A stretch of 64,000 nucleotides of DNA from the human T2T-CHM13v2.0 reference genome, Homo sapiens (GCF_009914755.1 NC_060931.1), one strand, 5' to 3'. Positions 43,263 through 61,012 are shown, numbered from the stretch's first letter. Notes: generated by a model not told the origin, from the sequence alone. Numbers and translations: made by a program.

Positions 43263-43745
43263 ATGTGCACCTTGCTTTCTAGTTCTACAGGTATCTCCAC
43301 CTCTCTGCACACCCTGCCCCTGGCTCCCTGCTGTCCTCCTTCCAAGAATGTGGAATATTTTTAATATTTCCAGTTTAATTTTGAGTTATGAATGTTACTA
43401 ACTGCAAATCTTCATCTTACAAGTGAATTATTTGTTTGATTCTGTATGAGAATCTAATTATCAATAAGCATCTATAGCTGTATGCTTGTTACCCAAATGT
43501 GTGTGTGTGTGCACGTTAAAAATATCATAGTAAAGTTACCATTTAAAAGAAGCTTTGTAAATTTCATCAAATTCAGATAGCATTAGGATGACATTGTAAA
43601 TTCATTCAAAACTTATTTGCTAAATTTTCATAATGTGGAAGCCATATAGAACATGCAAAAGTGAATGTTGCAGAGGTTCCAAAACCCAAAATGTCTCCAT
43701 GCCAAAGATGGATGCAATAAAAACTACAATTACAGAGGAGACAGA

Positions 43746-43746
<1 letters not shown>

Positions 43747-43777
<31 letters not shown>

Positions 43778-43802
43778 TCTCTCTGTCTCTCTTTCTCTCT
43801 CT
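43747..43802. repeat. (CT)n microsatellite
   Basis: Read directly. Confidence 0.95.
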
Positions 43803-43816
43803 TTTAAGAAAAAATG

Positions 43817-46575
43817 AGGACTTCCGGTTCCAGCCAATGTGAAATTGTCTTATTTCTCCCAGGTCTCGCTCTTACAAGTAAAAGTCCCTGGACATAACAA
43901 CAAACATAGAAAGACTCTGAAAGGTGACAAGGAGAAGATAGCTGTTTAGGGGGCTCAGGACTTGAGGAACAACATGAAAGCATGTTCACTTGGCTTTCTT
44001 TGTGCCTCTCGAATACACCAGAAGCCTTCAAATTGGAACCACAAACAAGCGCGGACAAAAAAGGTCCAAGAAAAGTCTCCCTTTTCTAGCCAAAGAACTC
44101 GGAAAAGGGTAGTGTCTATCACAGAACGCAAAGGCTTTTTATTAGTATCCACTCCATTGTATACAAGCACTAATGGAAAACTACCCTCTACCACCACTGT
44201 GGTTCCAACAGGCCTGAGAGGAGAAGCAATTTTTTTTTTTTAATCCAATCCTTGCGCCATGGGAGTGGGAAGCAGCCCTCAGAGTTCTCCCTCCAGTGCC
44301 CTCACCAGGAATCGGCACGTCGTATTCTTTTATCCTCACTCAGCGGGCATGAGCAGTCCTCCAACCTTTCTGGGAGAGTAATATCAGAAGGGCAGACCAG
44401 AGAGCTGATCTTCCTCCTCCGCCCAGTGGAAGCAGACAACGGTTTAATTCAGCTGCTGAAGTAGTGTCAGTGGGGCCAAGTAGGAAGGTAATGTTCCACC
44501 CATGCTTGGCAGAGGCACGTGGTTCTCTGATTCTCCTACCAGGATAGGGTCAACAGAATCTTGTTAGAATCTCAGCTTCTACACCCACCTGATGGCAACA
44601 ACAGTAACAAAGCAGCGCAAGGAACGACAGTCGCCACTCAGAGCACACCAACTCCCCAGTGCTATGGGGCCAGTGGGAGCTGAGCTTCCACACTCGTAGG
44701 CAGCAATAAGACTGAATGGGGCAGTGGGCGGCTGGGTTCAGCAAGACTATTTCCCCTCAACTACCTGATGTCAGCAGGGCTCACTGAGAAGCTGAGCCTC
44801 CAGCCTCACTCAGCAATCAATGAGTTAAAAAAAACAACAAAGGTCATGGGATTTGGGGCTGGTATGTGAACCACTTCCACCTCTCCTTTTTTATAGAATC
44901 AGTGGGGAGCTGGGCTTATCTCCTCACCCTGTAGCAACAAGAAAGTGTGAGTCAGCCCTCAGCGTCCCCCCTCCTTGGCACTAATGGGGCACAGGAGGAA
45001 GATCAAGGTCCACCGTTCTCATAAGCAATGAGGCAGTGGGACTCAGTGCCCCACTTTTGTTTAGGTAGTTTTGGCAGGGCCAGCAGAAACCTACACACAT
45101 ACAACCACCTGACTTTCTTGCTAGAACTTAACAGGAAGACTGTCTGCCAAGAATAAAGATTAAATAATATCAGGGTTTTTTATAAGATCCAAAATATCTG
45201 GGATAAAAATAAAAAAAAAACACACCTCTTATTGTACTAAAAGAGTTTTCTTGCTATACTAAAAAGATGAATCAAAATTCTAAGCAGAAAAAAATAATAA
45301 TCAAAAGATGCCAACATATGAACTGATACTTCTCAAAAGAAAACATACAAGTGGGCAACAGATATCTGAAAAAAATGCTTAACATCACTAATCATTGGAG
45401 AAATGCAAACCAAGACCACAATGAGGTACCATTTCACAGTAGTCAGAATGGCTATTACTAAAAAGTCTAAAAACAACAGATACTGGTGAGGCTGTGAAGA
45501 AAAGAGACTGTTTATACACTGCTGGTGAGAATGTAAATTAGTTTGGCCACTGTTGAAAACAATTTTGAGATTTCTCAAAGAACTAAAAATGGAACTATTT
45601 GACCCAGCAATCCCATTACTGGCTATATAGCCACAAGGAAATAAATCATTCTACCAAAAAGACACATGCACTCACATGTTTATCGCAGCACTATTCACAA
45701 TAGCAAAGACGTGGAGTGAACCTAGGTTCCCATCAGTGGTGGAATGGATGAAACAAATGTGGTACCTATACACCATGGAATATTATGCGGCCATAAAAAA
45801 GAGTAAAATCATGTCCTGTGCAGCCATTAATGCAGCTGGAGGCCATTATACAAAGTGAATTAACACAGGAAGAGAAAACCAATATTGTATGTTCTCACTT
45901 ATAAGTGGTAGCTAAGCTTTGGTACTCATGGGCGTAAGCTTTGGGTACTCATGGGCATAAAGATGGCAACAACAGACACTGGGCACGTCTAGAGAGAAAA
46001 GGGAGGAAGGGAGCAATGGTTGAAAAACTACCTATTGCATACCATGCTCATTACCCGGGTGACAGGATCAATTGTACCCCACACCTCAGCATCACATGAC
46101 ATACCCACGTAACAAACCTGCACATGTACTCCCTGAATCTAAAATAAAAGTTGCAATTATTAAAAATAAGACGTCAACACTGAGATGAATCAGATGTTAG
46201 AATATTCAAAGATTTTAAAACAGCCATGATTAAAATGCTTTAACAAACAATTATGAATTCTTTTAAAGCAAATAAAAATACAATAATTTAAAAATTACTT
46301 TAAAATGTAGAGATGGAAACACTATATAATGCAGAGGTAGTAATTATAAGATTGAGTAGCCTCTAAATAGAGGAAGAAGTAAATTTTGAAGAAAATCACA
46401 GAATTTTTCCAAATTACGCTGGGAACTGACTATTTAATATAAAGAATGAAAGCAAGAAGGCAATAAAATGATATTTTCAAGTGCTTAAAAAAATTTATGA
46501 CTTGCAAAACTTACACTACAAGAACGACTAAAAGGTAATTTTGAAGCAAGAAATATCTCAGAGAGAATCATGGAT
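43817..46575 (+). mobile_element. Old L1 (L1MD-type) 5' UTR and ORF1 remnant, split by L1PB
   Basis: gaggacttccggttccagccaa...ccctggacataac...aagactctgaaaggtg...ggacttgaggaac. Homologous to 53585-53860. Confidence 0.7.
45317..46167 (+). mobile_element. L1PB/old L1PA 3' end
   Basis: ORF2 end MFIAALFTIAKTWSEPR; TSD aaga(tgc/cgt)caaca; internal 22-bp tandem duplication at 45913-45957. Confidence 0.9.
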
Positions 46576-46577
46576 AT

Positions 46578-46996
46578 TGTGATGGTTAATTTTATGTGTT
46601 ACCTTGACTGAGCCATGGACTGCCCAGCTATTTGGTCAAACATTATTGTGTGTCTGCGAGGCTTTTCATAGATGAGATAAACATTTGAATTGGTGGACTG
46701 AGTAAAGAAGATTGCCTTCCCTAATGCAAGTGGCCCTTATCTAATCAGTTGAAGGCCTGAATAGAACAAAAAGACTGACACTTCCACAAGTAAAAGGAAA
46801 TTCCCCCTGTCTGATGATCTTGAGCTGGGATATAAGTCTCTATTTGGTTGTGAATTCCAACAGAAACACTGACCTTTCTTAGGCCTCAAGCCTGCAGGCT
46901 TTTGGACTAGAACTATATCATCTGCTCTCCTGGGTCTCCACTAGCTGACTGCAGATCTTGGTACTTCTCAGCTTCTAAAATGACATAGCCAATTTC

Positions 46997-47045
<49 letters not shown>

Positions 47046-47087
47046 CATGCCATCCCTTACTGGTTCTGGAGAGCTGTGACTAATACA
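46578..47087 (+). mobile_element. MLT2C/D-like ERVL solo LTR
   Basis: tgtgatggttaattttatgtgt...gactaataca; TSD gatat / gatgt. Confidence 0.9.
46998..47045. repeat. (TATC)12 tetranucleotide STR
   Basis: Perfect 48-bp run. Confidence 0.97.
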
Positions 47088-47369
47088 GATGTACAGAAAA
47101 GAATGGAGAACAATAAAAGACAATAGATAAGTGGCTTTTCAAGTTCAAGTATCTAAGCATTGTGCTTAACAGAAAGATTATGATACTTAATATTGAATCT
47201 TTTCTAATGTAAGGTCAAGAGAGTATATTATAAAATATATTAATAGGTACATATTATCAATGAAGTATCAACAAAATGATAAAAAAGATGCATTTAACAT
47301 TAAAGGACACAGATTGAACAAGTCAAAAAAATCAACAACTGTTGAGCCATCAAATAAGTAAGAACACAA

Positions 47370-50580
<3,211 letters not shown>

Positions 50581-51425
50581 AATAAAGGAAGCTATGAACA
50601 TATATCTGAACATGTACTTTTCATTCAATTTTGCTGTGAACCTAAAACTACTATAAAATAAATTTGATAAAGAAAAAAGCACATATATTTAGCAACATAG
50701 AAATAGCTAGACACTTCTTTAGTGAATAAACAGTATTCATAAAATACCTGTAATAATCAAGATATTTAATGGAAAAACATTTAAAATGCTCTTTTAAATG
50801 GTCAACCATATAAAAAAGCTGTCTTTCCCATCTCTTTTATTCAGTGAGGCAAAGAAAAGAAATGAGAGATAAAAATGATTAAAAAAAACTGCCATTATTT
50901 GCCAATGATATGACTGTTTATGTAGAAAATTTATGATTAGATAAATTGTTGCTGTTTAAAATGAGTTATTAAGTCTGTATTATTTCATGACAATTTATCC
51001 TCCATGTAACACAGTAGTAGGCATAGAGGAGAGGCTTAAACATTCTCATTGTTTCTAATGTTTAATGGCATTTATTTGGGGAATAGTTCCCATTTTAGAT
51101 GTTGCATTCACATACTCTTTACAATTTAATATTTAGCTGTTTGAAACTAAAAGGGAACATTGAGGGGTTATAGATAACAAAGAGCTTGTCTGTACTTTAT
51201 GTATTTCTATAACATTTCAAATACTTTAGGAAAATTTTTCATAGGAAAATAGAAAGCAGATATTTGAAAATAAAATCACAGAAAGCAATTAATTGTTAAC
51301 AGAAAGAACATAACTTACAGCTTTATAAACTTGAACTGAAATATGTTTCTCAGGTCTGCCATTTCCTAGATGTTGATTTTTGACAAATTGCATAATCTCT
51401 GTCTCTGTCTCTTTGTGTCTTTCAA

Positions 51426-51462
51426 TAGATAGGTAGGTAGGTAGATAGATAGATAGATAGAT
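51426..51462. repeat. (TAGA)/(TAGG) compound STR
   Basis: Read directly. Confidence 0.9.
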
Positions 51463-51520
51463 TCTATTCATGTATATTATTGGATTGACTAAATATTAGA
51501 TACAGATGCCTCTGAATTGT

Positions 51521-51990
51521 TGTATCAGTTAAACTTACATTATATTAGGTGCATGTTACTGAAATTGAGAGAAGATGGCTTAATCATTTAGATTTTTATT
51601 TTTTTCATATGTCAATAAAAGTCTCAATTTTGGCAGTCCAGGATTAAATGTATGCCTCTGCAGTACTATTATGTACCTAGGCTCTTCTATGTTTCTGATC
51701 TACTATATGTTGCAGATTAATATTTTTATATTCATGATCACATATGATTGTTCCATTGTCAGGCAAAAAGAAGCATATGGGAAAATCAGTGGTTGCTTGA
51801 TAGGCTTATTAGACCCTTTTCATCAAGATAGCAATGATGATTCTGAAAACAGCACCATCTAATATCAGCACACATAATCTCCCCATTCTTATTAACTAGG
51901 ACATTAGTTTTCTAACCCAAATTGAAATTTTGTGTAATAAGAAACCAGAGAAGAATACTTATTTTCAAACAAGTAACAGTGTTTAGCCTA
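51521..51990 (-). mobile_element. Old MLT1-type LTR
   Basis: tgtatcagtta...tggcttaa...ggcagtccagg. Decayed. Confidence 0.4.
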
Positions 51991-52357
51991 CCTCAACCCT
52001 TGGATCAGCCAATGCCCACCACCAGCGTTCTTCTCATACACAGTACAAAGTCATTCTGGCCCCAAAGATAACGCCCTCTAATCTCATTTGCATACTGCAT
52101 ATAGCTTAAAATACATGTCTGGATCATGGAAGCCTTTTCTGAAACATTACTGTGGAAGTCAAATCACTAAGCCTTTTCATAGTAATTTTTTTTTCCTCTG
52201 ACAAACGTGGTAGGATTGAACTTCTCCACCCAAGCTTTGTGTGACCAAGGACATGTGAGGACATGTAACGTGTTACTTCTGGATTAAAGCCTTAAAAGCC
52301 AGTACATGTTTCACCATGTACTCCTTTTCCCTCTGTCACAACAAGGAAGGGGACTTT

Positions 52358-52736
52358 TTTTTTAACTTCAAGTTCTGGGATACATGTGCAGAACATGCTG
52401 GTTTGTTACACAGGTATACACGTGCCATGGTGGTTTGCTGCACCCATCAGCCTGTTGCCTGGGTTTTAAGCCCCACATGCATTAGGTATTTGTCCTAATG
52501 CTCTCCCTCCCCTTGCCTCCCACCCCTCGACAGGCACTGGTTTGTGATGTTCCCCTCCCTGTGTCCATGTGTTCTCATTCTTCAATGTGGCACATATACT
52601 CCATGGAACACTATGCAGCCATAAAAAAGAATGAGTTCATGTCCTTTGCAGGTACACGGATGAAGCTGGAAGCCAACATTCTCAGCAAAATAAATCAGGA
52701 ACAGAAAACCAAACTCTGCCTGTTTTCATTTATAAG
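52358..52736 (-). mobile_element. Short L1PA7/8-like insertion with 5' inversion
   Basis: Antisense 3' UTR (52358-52585) joined to a sense ORF2-end segment (52586-52736); TSD aag(g/a)aaggggacttt. Confidence 0.92.
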
Positions 52737-53239
52737 AAAGGGGACTTTCAAGAGGGTGGTTAGTGCATCAGCCTGGGTCTAAAAGGAAGGCGGCATGAAG
52801 CAGAGTTCCCTGATGGTGGTGCTGGCTATGTGAAAACAAAAATATATAGTTTGTGTTGTTCTCAGACACAGACTTTTGGGAATTGTTACCTGATTAATTT
52901 AGAAGTTGGCTTTGGATGACTTGTGTGCCTGTAATAGAGGCCTAAAATGTGAGACACTGGCTTCATGCTCAGTGGCAGATAATAAAGAAAGGTATATTGG
53001 AGGCTGGCCTGATGATGACCTTTTTCTGCAGTGGGAAACATTTGCTAAAACTCTTTCCTGGGATACCTTGAAAGGCTGATAATGTATTCAATTAATCTGT
53101 AATTTTAAGTAAGAGGTTGAACACATAGAACATACATGGAAAGAGTTGATTACAACAAATTGCAATTGAAAAGAAACTGTAATATACAAGCTCAAAGAAG
53201 GGGTGGCTGGTTTATAAGAAGGACTGAGAAGGGATAGAG

Positions 53240-53470
53240 CAGGGGTAGATCAATCTTTTGGCTTCCCTGGGTCACATTAGAAGAAGAATTGTTTTGGGCC
53301 ACACATAAAATACACTAACACTAACAATAGCTGATGAGGTAAAATAATAATAATAATAATAAATCACAGAAAAATCTCATGTTTTAAGAAAGTTGACGAA
53401 TTTGTGTTGGGCTGCATTCAAAGCCATCTTGGGCTGCATGCGACCTGCAGGCATGGGTTGGACAAGCTTG
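53240..53470 (+). mobile_element. MER30, copy 4
   Basis: caggggt..caatcttttggcttccctggg...ttggacaagcttg; TSD ggatagag / ggacagag. Confidence 0.94.
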
Positions 53471-55837
53471 GGACAGAGCAAGTCAAACAGGTGCAGAATT
53501 ACAGAACTTCATATGCTAGTTACATCGTAACCCCTAACCTATAAAAAACAAAATTAAGCAAGGTAGATTAAAAGCATAGTTTTTCAGGCCAAGATGGAGT
53601 AGCTCTATTCCTCCCCAGTCTTCCCTCTTACAAATAAAAAGCCCTGAGCACAATGCAGTAAGCCGCCATAGGAAGACAGAAAAGCAGGAAGAAGAAAGTA
53701 AGCCACCTGAAGGTCTTGGGACTTGAGAAATGTCCTCACATTGAGTTCCTGGGTTTCCTCATTGCTTCTCCTATATCCCAGGCAGGTACAACAAAAGCCT
53801 CCAAACTGGAACAGCCAGAAGGCATATACAAAGATTGTTCCACAAAATCCTGTTCCTCTAGCAAAAGGACGGGAATAGTAGACAAAAATACAGATTTTTT
53901 TTTTTTTTGCAATATTTGATTAACTCAAAACAAGTACCAATGGAATAAAAACTGCCTCTGCCAAAGTTTTTTGTGACCATATGGAAAGGGGATTTTTCAC
54001 CCCAGGCCCTGGTCCCATAGAATAGTGGGCACACAACGCTCTCACATAGTAGTATCTGGAGTGCCCAATAGAAAGATGGACATAAACTAAAAGACAAAAG
54101 GAGAAGTAAACACATCTACAGTAAGAGTTAGGGGCTTCACAGCATTTAGAGGAACTAATGAACAGAAAATCAGCAAGGATATAGAACCCTTGAGCAATAC
54201 AGTCAGCCAACACGATATTAGCACACATATAGAACAGACCGTCACAGCAGGTACACGTTTTTTTCAAAAGCCCATGCAACATTTACCAAGCAAGACCATA
54301 CCTTTCTCCACAAAACAAAATTCAAAAGATTAGAAATCACACAGAATATACTATCTGACCAAAATGGAATCAACAATGTAGGAATCAATAATAGAAGAAA
54401 ATAAACAATAAAACCCAAACACTTGGAATTAACTGACGCACATCCAAATAATCCATGGGTTTAAAAAAAAAAACTTAAAGGGATTTTAAAGAAATATAGG
54501 ACTTAATGAAAATGAAAATAAATTATATCAAATATAAGGGAAGCAGCCAAAGCAGTGCTGAGAGGGATTTTTTATAGCTCTAAGTCCTTATATTCAAAAA
54601 AGGAAAGGTCTCAAAGCAATCATCTAAGTTTTTATGGTGAGGAAATAGAAAAAGAAAAGCAAAATAAACCATTGTAAAGCACAAAGGAAAAAAACCTAAA
54701 GGTTAGAGAATCAACAAAATTCTTTAAAATACAGGAAAACAATTGAGAAAGTACTATAAAAACTATTTTTGCAATAAAATTGATACAACTCTAGCAAGCC
54801 TAGCAAATATAAAGGTAAACGCACAAAGCACCATTATCAGGAATATGAGACATCTCTACAGATCCTGCTTTCATAAAAAATGAGGTTACTATAAATACCT
54901 TATTATCATAAATTCATCAGCTTATTAAAAATAGACCAATTCCTTAAAACTGCAAGCTATCAAAAATTGCCCAAGATAAAAATGACAATCTGAATATTTT
55001 GGTCAATAGGCTAAAAAAGAAAGATTACATAAACAAATCTATTAATGTCAAAACTTTTTGCAAAATCCAAACCCAACTATAATGAAATAAAATAAAATAA
55101 AAACTTTAAATACACTAGAAAAAATAGATTTCATTAACATAATAAAGAACATCTAAACAAACTATAACAATATGAGTTAATAATGAAAGACTGAATGTTT
55201 TCCCCTAAGATTAGGAATAAGAAAAGGATATATGCTCTTATCAATCTTTCAATATAGTACTGAAATTCTTGCCAGCATGTTAAAGTAAGAAAAAAAATTA
55301 AATAAAAGTCATGTAGATTGGAAAGGAAGAAATAAAATTGTTGTCATTTTTAGATAACATGATTGCTACATAAAAAACTTCAAAAGCTCTAGCCAAAAAT
55401 TCTAGAACTAATAAAAGAATTGGTCATTACTGGCTACAAACTCAACACATGCAAAGTAATCACAATATTATATATAAATAGCAAACGTGGTGACTGAAAT
55501 CAGAAGACAATACCATTTTACAATAGCTTCTAAGAAAACAAAATAAATAGGTTTAAATCTATGATGCCATTTGCACTATCTACATACTACAAACTATAAA
55601 ACACCAATGACACAAATTAGAGAAAACATAAATAAATGATGATGGATATCATTTTCATGGAGTGGATAACTCAGCATAGTAAAAGTGCCAATTCTCTCCA
55701 AATTGCTCTTTAAGTATAATACAATTAGTATCAAAATCCTAGTAAGAATTTTATAGACACACTTATTCTAAAATTTACTTGGAGATACACATGTTCTATA
55801 TAGCTATAAAAAATGTTGACAAAGAAGAATGAAGTGA

Positions 55838-56224
<387 letters not shown>

Positions 56225-57310
56225 TTAACATAAAGTTACATTACAGTAATCAAGAAAATGTGTTATTTGTGTAGAAAAAAACATATAAATCAATGCAACA
56301 AAGCAGTGAACTCAGATAGGCTCCCATTAATGTGTCAAATTGATTTTTGACAAAGATGCAGGATTGCCCTTTCTACAAATGATGCTGGAGTGTTTGGATA
56401 TCCACAGACAAAACAATGAACCATGACTGAAACCCAACAACATAAAAAAAAACTTAACTCAAAATAGATTATGGACTTCAATGAAAAAAATAAAACTATA
56501 AAACTTTTAGAAGATAATAGAGAAAGTTTTTAGACTTGACAACAAAGCATTATCCATAAGTGGAAAAAATGGTCAATTTGGCTTCATTAAAAAATGCTTG
56601 TTCTGAGAAAGCATATAAGGATAAAAAGACACAATACAGACTGGGAGAAAGTATTTGAAAACCACATAAATAACAAAGAAATAGTATCTAGAATACATTA
56701 AGAACACTCATCATTCAACATCAAAAACAATTCAGTTAGGAAATGGGCAAGGAGCATGGTAACATTTCACCAAAAGGATATGCAGATGGCAAATAAGCTC
56801 AGGAAAATATGTTTGTTATCAATAGCTATTAGAGAAACGCAAATTCAAACCACATTGAGATACCATTATACACCTATCAGAATAGCTAATAGTCTAACAC
56901 CACATGCTGTTCAGGATGTGGAGAGACTGGGTCACTCATACATTGCTTGTTGGGATATAACATAGTACAGCTCCTCTGGAAAAGATTTTGCCTTTTTTTT
57001 GTTTGTTTGTTTTGTTTTTTTTTTTTTACAAACCTAAACATGCACTTACCTCTGACCTAGTTTTTGCACAGTTCAACATTTATACCAGAGAAATGAAAAC
57101 TTATCTTCCCACAGGGAACAAATATGCAAATGCTTATGGCAGATTTATTTTTAATAGCCATACTGGAAACAAACAAAATCCTCTTCAAGTAGTGAACACT
57201 TAAACTGTGGTACACCTATACCATGGAATGCTGCTCAGCAATGATACGGATGGACTATTGATATACACAACAACTCAAAGGCATTACTCTGAACAAAAAG
57301 AGACAATATC

Positions 57311-57606
57311 GGCTGGGCGCGATCACTCACTCCTGTAATCCCACACTTTGTGAGGCCAAGGCAGGCCGATCTTGAGGTCAAGAGATCGAGACCATCCTGG
57401 CCAACATGGTGAAACCCCGTCTTTACTAAAAACACAAAAATTAGCGGGGCATGGTGGCGCGTGCCTTTAGTCCCAGCTTCTCAGGAGGCTAAGGCAGGAG
57501 AATCATTTGAACCCGGGGGAGGCGGAGGTTGCAGTGAGCAGAGATTGCACCACTATACTCCAGCCTGGCAACAGAGCGAGACTACATCTCAAAAAAAAAA
57601 AAAAAA
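57311..57606 (+). mobile_element. AluSc
   Basis: gaggtcaagagatcgagaccatcctggccaacatggtg; TSD agacaata. Confidence 0.9.
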
Positions 57607-59939
57607 GACAATACCAGAAATCAGAAGTTTATACACTATATCATTCCATTTACATTGCATTCTTAAAGTGACAAAATTATAGAGTTGGAAGACAGTTTAA
57701 TGACGGCCAGTGGCTAGGCAGGTGGAAAGGGAGGGAAGTGGTTGAGACTATACAAGCACAGCATGAGAAACATCCGAAATGTAATTATTCTGTATCTTGA
57801 CTGTGTTGGTTGGTCACACAACTACACACGTGATAAATTTGCATAGAATGAAATACACACACATACACACAAAGATATACAAATAAATACATGTAAAACT
57901 GGTGAAACCAGAAGAAGGTAGATGGACTGTATCACTGTTAATTTCCTGACTGTAATATTTTACTATAGGGATGCAAGATGTTACTACTGGGATAAGCTGT
58001 CTCAGAGTATACACAGTCTCTGTTTATTACTTCTCACTACTGCATTTGACGCTACAATCATCACAAAAACTCTTTAAAATTTGCATTAGGAATTAATTTG
58101 AGGGTTTCACTGATATCCGCTATAAAATCCTCTAAATCAGTAAAGCCATTTCAAGACCAAAACTTAAGTTGTGGCATGCCCTAGGCTTCTATTTTACCTT
58201 ATTAGTCAGCAGCAGTATCCAGAGCTGTTCTTAACTACTAGAGAAGGTCGGTTAAGAGGATATTTTTATCTGGGCATATTACTGGTCTCCAAAAAAAATG
58301 TTTTAAAGGAATAAGGTAGAAATTTATACCACAGTTCTCATTAGAAACACTTAATTTGGTCAACCAACCCTATAGGTTATTTCATGAATAAAGTATATCA
58401 AAGCAAAATTAATAAAAAAATAGAGCTCATTAAAGAAAGCAGTAGCACTCTAACTAAATTTAATTTTTAATGATTGTGCGATACCAATCAAGCCCGGATT
58501 TTGCTCATATAAAAACATAGTCCTCAAGTTCTTTGATATATTCATAATCAGCATGTATAAAATACCTAGACTTTAAATTTCAATCAGCGAAATGAAAGTA
58601 TGGAGAAAGGGCCATCAATGGTGGAATTTAAAAGACAATTTTTTAAATTTAAGTTGGATGCTTAAAATCTACTTTGTAAAGATCTCACTTCAATAAACTT
58701 CAGAAGTTTGTAATTAACTGAAATATTACTACCTGGAATTAAGTAAAATATCTATCCTCTAGGAAAACAATGATACAATCACAATGATTTGTTCCTTTAC
58801 CTCTTCTGAATGGTCAAGCATAAAATGTTACCTTCTTTTTACTTAAAAGTAAATGTAGAATATAAGTTATACATGTCTTTACAACGAGAGTGGTCATAAA
58901 AAAGCCGCTCTCTAGGCACAAGAGTGTATTCAAGGCATACGGAAACACTTCTTGCCCTTGCTTGAGCAGCTAAGACCAACATGCACAAGATCATATTAAG
59001 TATTTAATTAACAGTTCATGCATTTCCTTATGTCACATTATTTCAGCAATTTCTACAACAGCATCTCTTGAGTATGTTCTGGACATCTCACAGGTCATGG
59101 ACATCATCATATTTCCTGTTCTTGAGGAATTCAGAAACAAGCAATGGGGCTGACGGTCAAGTGCTTGTAAGACCATATTCTGTTAGCTCGGTTAACGGTG
59201 AGCATAGAAATTTGTCTCATCAGAATGACCTTGTTCGCCTTCTCTTTATGTGAATCTACCTTCTGATATTGGCAGCTGGAAGCTTAGGTTCAGCTTAGAT
59301 GACTTACTAATAATTCAGGAATAAAATGATATTTCACCACTTTTCTGACCTTTTCCCCTCAAAAATTTAAATGTAAAATTTGAATGCATATATTAATTTA
59401 GTATTCATTTATTCAGCAACTATTTATGGAGCACCTATTTTGTGAGAGATATTCCACCATTATTAGTAAATTCAGCCTCAAAAATCTCATTTGTTTCTTC
59501 AAAGTCATTATTTTTGTCTTCAAAAAATACCTATCTTGAATTTTGATATAAAGAAGTCTTTATTTTATAAATACGCATAGGGCTTTTATGAACAGTATAT
59601 ATCATTAATCAGATACAATAAAAATTAAATTTTTCTGAAAGGCCTAAATAATGCATTGCTCACGTATTAACTGTAAGGGAATTAAAGATTTTGAATGAAT
59701 AGAGATACAACCAGTGATTGGGGAACATCTATTGTATTCAAAATTGTGTGCTTCCGATTTGGTCCTATGAGAGTACTAATGATAGCTGTGTTTTAAAGAT
59801 GAATGAACCTGTAACATATTGAATAGATATATAAATTTATTGAGACACAGTCCGTAAGGGGCTGGGTGAAAAACAAATTAACAGCTTGCTGCCTCTAATT
59901 ACCCACACGTTTACCTTATACACTTGCACACAAACTTAC

Positions 59940-60042
59940 CCTAGAAGTCCAGTGTGTGTCTTGTTTTTGCTATTCACCCACCTGTCTGCATCTCACTTAA
60001 TCTGCATGACAACACTGTGTGGGAGATAACGCTTTAAAAACT
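59940..60042 (-). other. Candidate 103-nt non-coding exon
   Basis: Minus strand ctgatttctacag|AGTT...CTAGG|gtaagt, with stops in all three frames. Confidence 0.2.
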
Positions 60043-61012
60043 CTGTAGAAATCAGAGCTCAAGTGTTTAGAAACACTTGTGATATCACAGAAAAAGCATC
60101 TGGTGAAATCAAGCTTTGAACCTAGGTTTGCTGAAACCCTCTTTAAACCACTACCTGAGGCTTGAGAATATCAATGTCTGGAGTGAAAAAAATACAGTTT
60201 TGGATAAATCTCTATGCCTCACAATCCCATTTTGCATCCAGTATCAGGGTAAATTGGATAATAAACAAGAATTGTTTAAAAACAATTGTTTCAATAGTAG
60301 CATCAGGCTTTTCTACTCTATGCAACAGAGCAAAGATCAATTTGCTTATTGTGTAGCTAACCAGAATATTTGATAATAGAAAGATTTTGTGGGAGGAGAA
60401 AAAAATAAGGAAACAAATGAAATGTGTAAGATATTCACCAAATATTTTTTAAATAAAACACTAGAAAAAGCAAAGATGAATTATCACCTAATTTTGATAA
60501 ATCAGAAACAATTATCTTTTTATTTTGGGTTCATATTTTACCTCCTCAACCAGTAAATCTTTGTTGAACAAATATTCTGAATATTCTAGTATCTATCACT
60601 CAGAGCTTATTTTTGTTTTCATCAAACAGAGATTTAAATCTCATGGCTTATAACTCAGTGGATATTGATATAAGCTTTCCTTGAATTTTTTTTTTTTTTT
60701 GCCAGTTATGAGCAATAAAACATCTGTGAACTCCCTAAACAAAAAGACATTGGAAAGTGTGTGAACATATACCTTTCTGCCCCCCTGAATCTATCACCTT
60801 CAGAAAGGAAAACAAAAATCACCTTTGTTTGGAGAGTGGATTGTGCCTGGCACAGATGCTGATGCCCAAGGAAGGTCTTGAACCACTCTGCATTGAGTAA
60901 GATTCACGCCTCCTCATGCCTTTTGGTTTCAATTTTTCCCTAACACTTGTATTTGAATTGTACTTAGACAAGAAACCACAAGTATTAAGAAATACATTTC
61001 TTTCCGTGAGAT

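Larger units (their letters stand above)
52170..53560 (+). mobile_element. MLT1 LTR plus internal remnant, split by L1PA and MER30
   Basis: tgttacttctgga...cagcctgggtc...cagacttttgggaattgttacc, followed by MaLR-internal-like aaaatgtg..actggctt...ggaggctgg. Confidence 0.55.
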
